IMG/VR virus record: IMGVR_UViG_3300028304_000465
DNA length: 64,000 bases
DNA from: a virus
Reading direction: 5' to 3' (one strand)
This document shows positions 19,404 through 27,573 of this stretch, piece after piece (within the stretch, counting starts at the first letter, position 1; the number at the start of each line of letters is the position of its first letter). The translations under genes and the position numbers were made by a program. The notes under the pieces were generated by a model. The model saw only the letters and a list, made by a program, of their open reading frames with translations, was not told the origin of the DNA and made no database searches.

Positions 19404-20459
19404 TTAGAGGCCGACCATCTCCATCGCTTCGTCCTCGTCGTAGCCCATCTCCATGAGGTTCCCTGCTTCCTTCAGTCGCGTTCCTCGGGAAGCGTCCTCG
19501 GGAATGTCTACGCTCACCTCGACCGTGACGCCGCTTTCCTTCGTGACTGCCTCACCCCCCTCATCGGTGTCTTCCGTGGTATCGTTGTCCTGCTCGCTTC
19601 CTCCATCGCTTGCCGCGAGATAGGTCCCTTCACCTGCTCCGCTGATGGTTTCGCTTTTTGCGTCGCTTTTGATGGCGTTGATGCGACCTTCGAGGGCTTC
19701 GATGGCGGTCTTTCGAGCATCGCCGTGTTTCTCGACAGCGAGCAGGGCTTGCGCTTCTGTGAGGTCCGTGAGCCGTGGTTCAGCATCACGAGAACACCAC
19801 CCTCGGATCGTCCCAATCGTCACCCCTTCGTCGGTGGGGTTCGCCCACTTCTCGACTGCGGCCTCGATGTCGGCCATGATGACCGTGCCTTCATCGGCGG
19901 CTTTTTCGAGAGCGTTCGTTTCAGGCTCCGGCTGACCAGCCGCTTCAGGCTCGTCGGGAACCTCTGCGAGAAGGGCCAGCGCGTCGTTCAGCGCGTCCTC
20001 GTTGTTGACCATCACCGGAAGGGGTTCGCCGTTCACTACCGGGACTTGAAGCTTCCTAAGCTCATCAGCGTTGCCGTAGCCCGCGCTTTCGAGCATGTCG
20101 ATGACCCCTCCGTCAATCTCCTCACTCTCGATGCACGGGAGTTCGTTATCGAACTCGTCACTGTACTCCTCCATGTTGAAGGGGTTCTCGTTGCTCTGAA
20201 CCGCACCGATGGCGTTCCGCTTCTCGTTTAGCGCGGCAATCCACTGCACCTGCGGGGACTTCGTGTCTACGTTGTCGGAAGTCCACTGCGGTTCGTCCGA
20301 AGGGTGGGCTTCCACCGCCGCCCGACCTGCGTTGAAGGCGTTCCGAACCCCTCCGTAGTAGGAGGACGCTTTGTTCGCTTCGACTTCAGGCTCGCTTTCT
20401 TTGTTCGCGTTTTGGTCCTGCTCGGTACGTCGGTCGAGGTACTGCTGTCCCTTAGACAT
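19404..20459 (-). CDS. acidic hypothetical protein (351 aa)
   Basis: Long acidic ORF with GC3-biased codons. Confidence 0.8.
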   Translation of the reverse strand: MSKGQQYLDRRTEQDQNANKESEPEVEANKASSYYGGVRNAFNAGRAAVEAHPSDEPQWTSDNVDTKSPQVQWIAALNEKRNAIGAVQSNENPFNMEEYSDEFDNELPCIESEEIDGGVIDMLESAGYGNADELRKLQVPVVNGEPLPVMVNNEDALNDALALLAEVPDEPEAAGQPEPETNALEKAADEGTVIMADIEAAVEKWANPTDEGVTIGTIRGWCSRDAEPRLTDLTEAQALLAVEKHGDARKTAIEALEGRINAIKSDAKSETISGAGEGTYLAASDGGSEQDNDTTEDTDEGGEAVTKESGVTVEVSVDIPEDASRGTRLKEAGNLMEMGYDEDEAMEMVGL

Positions 20460-20642
20460 CGTTGGAATCCTTCGCCACTAACGCAGGCGAGCTTCGCACC
20501 CGTTTGTTTCCAGCGCGGGTGAGGCTGGCGGGGGGAGTGAGCCAGTTGGTGACTCGACCCCCTTACCCGAAACGCTCTGCTGGGGGCGAGTTTTAATTTT
20601 TTTTTTATTTTTTTTTTACTGTAGAGGGAGGGGTGAACTCCC

Positions 20643-21524
20643 TTACAGAAGGTCGCCGCAGGCCGTACAGAAGTGGACCACGTCGATACCCGGAAGGCCT
20701 TCGGCCAACTTCACGTCACTCGAAGGGTGGTCGCACTCGTTGATAGCCTCGATGCGCTCTGCTTCGCTATCGTAGGAGGGGAGGGACAGGGTTCGCGGGT
20801 CGTGAATCTCGGGCGTAGCGCTCATGCCTCGACCCCTTCCAGCGCCGCTTCAACTTCTTCGTCGGTCGGAACTACACTCACGCTAAAGTTCGTGAGCGTT
20901 TCTTCGCGTTCGTCCATCGCTCCGGGGATGTAGAACTCGAACTCGGTTTTCATCCCTTCGAGGCGACCCCCTTCGCGCTGGTCGAGCGTAACTTCGACGT
21001 GACCGGGAGCGCCTTCAACGTCTGCGTCTCCATAGACCGTCATGGAGACGATGTTCTTGTGAAAGAACTCGTCTCCAGCGGCGGCCAGCATCTTTCGCGT
21101 TTCCTGTGTGTTCATCTGCGGTTCGCTCTCGATGGAAAGGGTGATGTCACTCATGTTAGAATTCTCCGTGGGGGCTTTCCTCTTCGTGCTTTGCGGCGTT
21201 CCGAATCGCTCGAATTTGCGCTCGCTTTGCTTCCCACTCTATGTGGTTCACGGGGTTCACGACTGCTTCGGTGGTGTGGTCGGCCATCTCTTGCGCTTTG
21301 CGCTCCTTGTAGCGCAGGAAGGGGAAGAACGAGAACGGACCCCCTCGAAGGGCCTCTTCGAGCGTCCGTCCGATAACGAGTTCAGCCGTACACTCTCCGA
21401 GAATCAGTTTCGCTTCAGCCGCTTCGAGCGCTCCCGAAACTTCGTCCTCGATGAACTTCAGGGGGTTGATGTGATCCGCGTATTTCTTGGGAGTAACGTG
21501 GGAACCGTCGTAGGTTTTCGCCAT
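20643..21524 (-). CDS. three ORFs (20643-20825 with CTAC, 20822-21154, 21156-21524)
   Basis: Coupled acidic ORFs. Confidence 0.65.
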
Positions 21525-21525
21525 C

Positions 21526-21698
21526 TTAGCCCCACTCCTCGATGGTGTCCTCGTCTTTGTCTTTCAGGGCCAGCCGCCCTTCGACGCCCGCCGCTTCGTT
21601 TAAGGGGACCTTCATCGGCCACCCCGTCGCCGCGCTTCACGTTCGTAAACTGTCTCGACCCTCGTGCTACCCTTATAGGTAGTCAAAAATCCCTTCAT
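21526..21698 (-). CDS. two micro-ORFs (21612-21698, 28 aa; 21526-21615, 29 aa)
   Basis: MKGFLTTYKGSTRVETVYEREARRRGGR follows the GGGACACAACCT leader; MKVPLNEAAG...EEWG is coupled by an ATGA overlap. Confidence 0.45.
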
Positions 21699-21699
21699 A

Positions 21700-22742
21700 G
21701 GTTGTGTCCCGCCACTTTCGCAGGCGGCGTCTCGCACGCTCTTTAACCCGAGCGTGAAGGGTCGTCAGGGGCGCTTCTCACTAACCACGCGAAGCGCCCT
21801 TACTGACGTGACCGCGAAGGGTTCGTTGTCAGGATGCGGGTCGTCATTACTCGTGAGCGTGCTTCCCGGTCGCGGTCGTCGTGAAGGACGACCACTTAGG
21901 GGATTTACACGCCGTTACGCCATTTGTAAGCGAGTTCCTTCATGTCGCTAACTGCCTTCCGAAGCAGGATTCAACAGAGGGTGTCACGCTGTATCGCTCG
22001 CATCCACGCCTTCTCCGAAGGCCGGTCGCCCGGTTGGTCTTGTGAAGCACGCTTCGTCGCGTCGATTTCCGTGGCGGGAGCTTGCCGTGACCCGGTGGTG
22101 TCATGGGATTCCAATCGTCGGTCGGCCTTCGTCGGGTCATCGAGAGCGCTTCGGAACCCTGCGGGGGGTCGCTCTCTCGCCTTCCATCCTTCGGTCGATT
22201 CACTTCTTCCGCTCCCTTAAGGGAGGCTCACCGTGAGGCTCGACTACCCTTTCAGGTGGGGGGATTAGTGCGTCATTAGCGTCTGCGTTTCTCCCCTATG
22301 GGTCCGTTCAAGCCCTTCTCGGTTGTAGCCTCGAAGGGGGAACACCCCTGAAGGGGCTTGACGGAGGGGCAGACGCGCTTTCACATCCACGCTTTGTGTG
22401 CGCTTCGACATAGCCCGAAGGCCGCGACGTGGCGTACTGAAGATGATGCGTTGGGGGATAGGGTCGAACTTGGCGCGGGGGTTCGCGCCTTTAGATATTC
22501 GGCGGTTCTTCACCACGAATCACGTTTTAATACGCGATTCCAAACGAACCGTCCCGTCAATTGGCCCCCCTTACCCCGGTCTGACGCACACGTTTTTAAT
22601 TCGCGTGTGGCCCGTTTAACGAGTACCGAGGGGCCTCCCATCACCTTTCGCGCCTTTAATGACGCAAAGCGCCTCCGTTCGGGGCGTGGCGGGGAACACC
22701 CGGCGAGACAGATTCCGTCTCGCGCCCCGAGTGAGGTATCAT
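21700..22742 (-). ncRNA. candidate ~1-kb structured non-coding RNA or giant 5' leader
   Basis: No acidic ORF; dense hairpins whose G-U pairs and GAAA loops favour the minus strand; TATA TTTAAGTA at 22760-22767. Confidence 0.6.
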
Positions 22743-22776
22743 AGCCAACGGCCGACTTATACTTAAATCTATCGGT
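22738..22776 (-). promoter_or_regulatory. promoter, near-duplicate of 24445-24483
   Basis: Plus strand ATCATAGCCAACG-N9-TACTTAAATCT-NNCGGT, ungapped match to 24445-24483. Confidence 0.7.
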
Positions 22777-23516
22777 CACTCCGGGCGACGCGCAAGCGTA
22801 GTGCTACGCAAGCGCGGACGCAGAGTGACGAGCGGCAATATTCGCCGGTGGTAAACTCGGTGGTAATCGCTACTCTGCCGGTGACAAGGTAGACAAGATA
22901 AAGTGCCGAAAACAGTAGTCTCACACCCTCTATGCTGTCGATTCTTGATTTGTCGAATCAGATCAAAAACCCAATTTTGCCGTCCGTCGGCCTGTACCTA
23001 CTGATTTCGGCAGTCTAAGCGACTTTGAGGTTGACCTAAACTATGGCAAAATCGACGCAGAAAAGCGACAAAACTTGCCGGATAAGGGTCGGGCCGCGAC
23101 GCGCTTGTGCGAGCGCAGGGGGGCGCAAGGGTGCGCAAGGGTGCGCGGAGGGTCGAGCGAGCGCACGGTGGTTTTTCGGCGCGGGCGGTGGCGGCGCGCA
23201 TAACGCGAGAGCGTAGCGCGAGAGCGCGACGCACTGGAGCGCGACGGGCGGGGCCGAGGGTCCGCGAGAGTCCGCGAGCGACGCAAGTCCGGGCGCTATC
23301 GGACGAGACGTGTCGTAGCGAGAAAGGGGAAACCCTTCCTACTTCCTTCACCCTTACTGGATAAACACACCTCATCGGGTTATGGCCGAGAGGTGAGGTT
23401 ATGAGGGCATCACAATAGTAATCCCTCTTAGGTAGTAACCCGATGAGGGGGCGGCTTTACTGTCGCGTTAGGCTCGCGCCTTGTGGGCGTGAGTGACCCG
23501 TAAAGTGCGCTCGCGC

Positions 23517-23545
23517 AAAAAAAAAACGCCCGGCCGAACGGGGGC
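23517..23545 (-). terminator. hairpin plus T10 terminator
   Basis: Minus strand GCCCCCGTTCGGCCGGGCG-TTTTTTTTTT right after the stop of 23546-23668. Confidence 0.65.
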
Positions 23546-23668
23546 TTACTCGAACGTCGCCTTCGGGGCGCACTCGATCATGCAACCCCCCGGGCAACTC
23601 CCGAAGGCTTCGATGTAATCCTCGGCGCTATTCAATTCGCGTTCGTCGTTTCGCGTGTTTCCGTTCAT
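23546..23668 (-). CDS. small Cys-containing protein (40 aa)
   Basis: MNGNTRNDERELNSAEDYIEAFGSCPGGCMIECAPKATFE. Confidence 0.5.
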   Translation of the reverse strand: MNGNTRNDERELNSAEDYIEAFGSCPGGCMIECAPKATFE

Positions 23669-23739
23669 AGGTATTGGCGCAACCGCGTTCGTGTGCTTCG
23701 CCCGCTTAACGCGGGGCGTGAAGGGGTGTGTTCCCCCGC

Positions 23740-24441
23740 TTAGGCTTGTGCCAGTTCCAGTGCCTTCGCGTGGCCCTTCGAATCGCGCATGGCTTCGAAC
23801 GCTTCGCGGTTGTCGTCCGAGAGTGCGTCTATCGCGTTAGCGTGTGACTGGCAGTAATCAAGCACTCCCTCGGGAGTGACGGCACGACCCATCTTACGCC
23901 CCCCGTGCGATTCGTCGCAGAATGGACACGCCCCGGCGAAGGCAACGTAGTCCTCCGCCGCCTTAAGGCGGCGCATGACCCTTTCATGTTCTTCCTCGGG
24001 GTTTTCTTCGAAGGCTTCGCGTAGGTCGCCCCGTGCCTGCTTGTTCATGTCCGAAGCGGGGGTAGGCTCGCTCTCGCTTTCGTCGCTCTCGCTCGCTTCG
24101 CCCGCTTCGAGCGTGTCGCCGGGCATGACGGGGCCTCTTCCGCCGTCGCAATCCCCGTTCTTGTGTCCGTGGAACGCCGATTTCGAACTTTTCAGAGTAT
24201 CGTGGGCGAAAATCTCGCCACACGCCTCACAGCCGACCGCGCCTTCAGGCACGTTCATGCTCTCGCTCGCGCCCGACCCTTCGCCGGAAGGGGTTTCAGG
24301 GTGGGTTGCGCCTTCGCCTATGCGCACCTCTCGCGTAACCCCGCTCTCGAAGGTGACGGTGAGGGTCGCCCCCTTCACGTCTCCGCTTTCGCACATGTTT
24401 TCGCACTCTGCCACGACCGTTTCGGCAAGTCGGTCAGACAT
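23740..24441 (-). CDS. Zn-finger-containing hypothetical protein (233 aa), first gene of the leftward arm
   Basis: CEACG..H, CPFC...C..H; acidic linker; promoter 24445-24483 directly upstream. Confidence 0.8.
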   Translation of the reverse strand: MSDRLAETVVAECENMCESGDVKGATLTVTFESGVTREVRIGEGATHPETPSGEGSGASESMNVPEGAVGCEACGEIFAHDTLKSSKSAFHGHKNGDCDGGRGPVMPGDTLEAGEASESDESESEPTPASDMNKQARGDLREAFEENPEEEHERVMRRLKAAEDYVAFAGACPFCDESHGGRKMGRAVTPEGVLDYCQSHANAIDALSDDNREAFEAMRDSKGHAKALELAQA

Positions 24442-24444
24442 TGC

Positions 24445-24483
24445 ATCATAGCCAACGACTGATTATTACTTAAATCTGGCGGT
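24445..24483 (-). promoter_or_regulatory. promoter for the 233-aa ORF
   Basis: AGATTTAAGTA about 25 nt upstream of the ATG. Confidence 0.7.
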
Positions 24484-24988
24484 TGATGTGTGCGCAGGTC
24501 GCGCAAGCAATTGGCGTGCGCGTCGCAGGCATCAACACTCCCCTTTCTTAGCTCCCCTTGTGAGTTGAAACGAAGCGTTTTTCGAGAGGGATTCGCCGCA
24601 GGGGGCTACCCTGCTCCGCAAGCGCGTCGCGCAAGCAATTCGTGCGCGGGTCGCGGGAAGCAGGGTGTGCCTCCGAAAGGGCGAACGGGCGCGTCTGTCC
24701 AGAAGCGTGGTACAGAGGTTTTACACCGAGTATTTCCGTGATTAGGGTAGTGGGAAGAGTCAATTCGCGTAGTAGAATTGGAGGGTAGAGTAGGCTGAAA
24801 CCCTCGATTCCAAACCCTTCATGAAACACTGAAATCACACGGCATGAGTTAGTCCCCGTCAAAGGGTCCAAAACGGCCGGCTGACTGACACCAAGTGCCG
24901 AACTCCCAAGGCGTGTGCGCCAGTACAGGCGGGCGAGCGGGGAGGCCCGTGACGCGAAGCAGTGAAATCGGAGGGATTGAAGGGGTTT

Positions 24989-25020
24989 ACTTCATGATTT
25001 CATGACTTCATGACTTCAGG
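24989..25020. repeat. tandem 8-mer repeat x4
   Basis: ACTTCATG ATTTCATG ACTTCATG ACTTCAGG. Confidence 0.8.
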
Positions 25021-25496
25021 CAGGGTAGGGCAGGAGAGCGAGCGTAGGCACGAGCGAAGGCACGAGCGGGGGCGGTACTGCGCGGGTTGGCACACGAGGG
25101 CGCGGGCGAGCGTGTGTGTTTTGGTAACTTCACCCCCAAGACCGTGCCGAGCAGAGCAGAATTTCCACGATTCGGGGTGTGGGGGTCCGTACAGAACAAA
25201 TCTGAAAAAATCTCACCCCCCAAAATGCCTGAATTTCACCCCCCTTTTTGGAGAAAATGGACCACGCACACCCCTCAAAAGGCCAAAATCGGCGTTTTAG
25301 GTCAAAAATTGCGCTCCGATACGGGTTCAAAGAAGAAATAAGGGCAAAATTACCTATCTTTCAGATAAAATCACCCTAAAATAATGAATTAGGCCCCCCT
25401 CTGGAGCAACCCTATATAAACCTTTGTGCTTTCATAGTGGTGAGGAAGTTTGCCTGTGTTGGTGTACTAAACATAGGCATCAGTGGTAACGTTCTG

Positions 25497-25535
25497 TGTT
25501 AGCTAACAGAGTAAAGTTATCGCTGTTAGCTAACA
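25497..25535. promoter_or_regulatory. two copies of the perfect palindrome TGTTAGCTAACA upstream of the late operon
   Basis: 25497-25508 and 25524-25535, flanking AAAGTTAT. Confidence 0.6.
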
Positions 25536-25585
25536 TTGAATGCGGAACACCCACCTCATCGGTTTACGACCGATGAACTGTAAAA

Positions 25586-26443
25586 ATGGCAAGTGGAGAA
25601 ATAACTGGCGCTTCTGAGGAAGAACTTCAGAGACTACGACGAGATTTTACAGGTACGCCACCGGACAAGGCAGGTATTCCGTTCGAGGTAGTCTACTGTC
25701 TAACGGAAATAGCCAAACAACCTGACGACTACGACGGTCCAACGCGATACTGCAAAAATTACGCGGCAAACCTAACTGAGGACGAGTGGGATGAGCAGTA
25801 CGACGATCCGTTCGATTCTGACGACCCTCGTTCGAAACACCCGGCTTGCCGGTTTCACGGTAGGTCCTGCAACTCTCAATCGCCTGACCATCTCGATCAA
25901 GGGATGGCGGGCATGACTCACGGCATGTACGCTGAAAACCATAGACTTCGCGCTGACTTTTCGGAAGCAGACGCCAAACTTTTTGACTGGATTCTCTCGT
26001 GGGCTGACATCTACGGTTGGCCCCCTGAAGAAGAGGACCCGGCGCGGTACGACCTTCTCGAACAGTTTGCGTATGACCGTGTTCGGTCTGTACGCGCAGA
26101 GCGATACTTCGAGGATGTTGCCGAAGAAAACGATGGGCAGTCCGAAGTCGAGTACCGAGACATCCGCGACGACGAGGGTGTTGTAGTAGGCGAAGTTCCC
26201 GTGCCAAACACACTCGCGGAGGAGCTTCGCTTACTCCGCAAGGACCTACGGAACCAGATGAAAGAGCTTGGACTCACACCCAAGTCTCGCGGCGAGATGG
26301 ACCTCATGGAGTCGGAAGCAGATGCCAACGAGGCTGTGGCTGAAATCGCTTCCGACGCTCTCGACGGGGATCATGAATATGATCCGTCTCGGTTCGGTCC
26401 TGATGCCGACACCGATGAGGGTGTGGAAGAGAGCGATGGTTAG
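25586..26443 (+). CDS. terminase small subunit (putative)
   Basis: First late gene; C...C.FHG plus THGMYA motif typical of haloviral TerS; helical C-terminus. Confidence 0.7.
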   Translation: MASGEITGASEEELQRLRRDFTGTPPDKAGIPFEVVYCLTEIAKQPDDYDGPTRYCKNYAANLTEDEWDEQYDDPFDSDDPRSKHPACRFHGRSCNSQSPDHLDQGMAGMTHGMYAENHRLRADFSEADAKLFDWILSWADIYGWPPEEEDPARYDLLEQFAYDRVRSVRAERYFEDVAEENDGQSEVEYRDIRDDEGVVVGEVPVPNTLAEELRLLRKDLRNQMKELGLTPKSRGEMDLMESEADANEAVAEIASDALDGDHEYDPSRFGPDADTDEGVEESDG

Positions 26444-27571
26444 CAATTTTTCTGCTGGATACGTTCTACTGGAAAGCATCGAAATCCAACGCTGGCCGAA
26501 AGAAGAGGCAGTGATGCCGTGTGATCTGTACGATAAGCTTACCTACATGATCGGTGAGCCGATCATCGCTATGATTGATGGCGTCCACTACCAGTTCAAG
26601 CCAAAGCCTGACCTTCCGAGTATGTCTGCTATCGTGCCGGAAGTAAATCACGGCAAAGAGCCGGGCGGATTCCTGTTACAGAAACCATGAGCGACACGAC
26701 TGACTCTGAACCCCGGTTTATTGTTGAAGACGGGAAACTGGAAGAAAACGAGGATGCGGCGGTGGATTTCGAGGAAAATCTGACTTTTGATTAACATGAA
26801 CGTCGAACCTATTACGCTCGCTGTTGGCGCTGTTGCAGTGCTGGAAACGGGCTATCTCATTCATGGCTACCTCTCGAATCAGGTGGACATGAGTGAGATT
26901 CAGAAGCATCACAAGGCGAGAATGGCCAACCGTGCGCTCCAGCAGGACGTGAACGACACGGAGAGTGAGTAATGAAGGCGATCAAGCGCCTTGAAGAAGA
27001 CGTTCAGTGCCACGGTGAAGTTCATGCCGTGATCGAAGAGCCGGGAACGGGCGAGTTCAGCGGTGAAGAACTGGAAATCCGGCTCGGAACTGCGGAGTTC
27101 GACTACGAAGCCGGATTCGTCACTATCGAAGGCGGCGACACGCTCCATCGTGTGATGATGGACAGCATCATCCGCTGGTATCTGCCGGTCGAACCTACTC
27201 ATGGATGACAATTACAACTCCGGCGAATCGTTTTTGATGGGCTTCTGTTTCGGTATGATGCTCGGTACTACTTTGACCGAACAGGGAAATCCTCCGTCGG
27301 ATGAATAGCTTTTTTGGCTGACAACACCCTCATCGGTGCTTTCAATTTTAGCATAATGACCTCGCACGACAATAATCCACATGAGAGTGTAAAACGAAGC
27401 CGTGCGGGGCCGGGTGTTGTTTCAGACTCGCTTTCAGATGGAGAACTTCTTGCTGTTCCTGTAAAAAACGCCGAGAATGAACCCGAAGGCTTTCTAATAG
27501 ACTGGAGAGCGTCAGAAGGCGAGTGGCTGTACGCAGAGACGTTCGATTCTTACACGCCTCTTATTCCCTAA
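26436..27571 (+). CDS. small ORFs between TerS and TerL (26436-26690, 26796-26972 with N-terminal TM helix, 26972-27208, 27356-27571)
   Basis: Coupled ORFs, hypothetical. Confidence 0.55.
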
Positions 27572-27573
27572 CA

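Noticed and set aside
21700-22742. Group I/II intron, RNase P or SRP RNA
   Set aside because: I found no P7 (R/S) elements, no domain V at the 3' end, no GAGGAAAGUCC and no SRP helix-8 motif by eye.
1933-22810. Identical 13-mer GTAGTGCTACGCA upstream of the integrase (1933) and the ncRNA promoter (22798) as a shared operator
   Set aside because: A single 13-mer match is expected by chance at this sequence length; there are only two copies.
21940-23375. ORF-track ORFs in the non-coding region
   Set aside because: Arg/Ser/Pro-rich, not acidic, no SD or leader context; typical GC-rich shadow ORFs.
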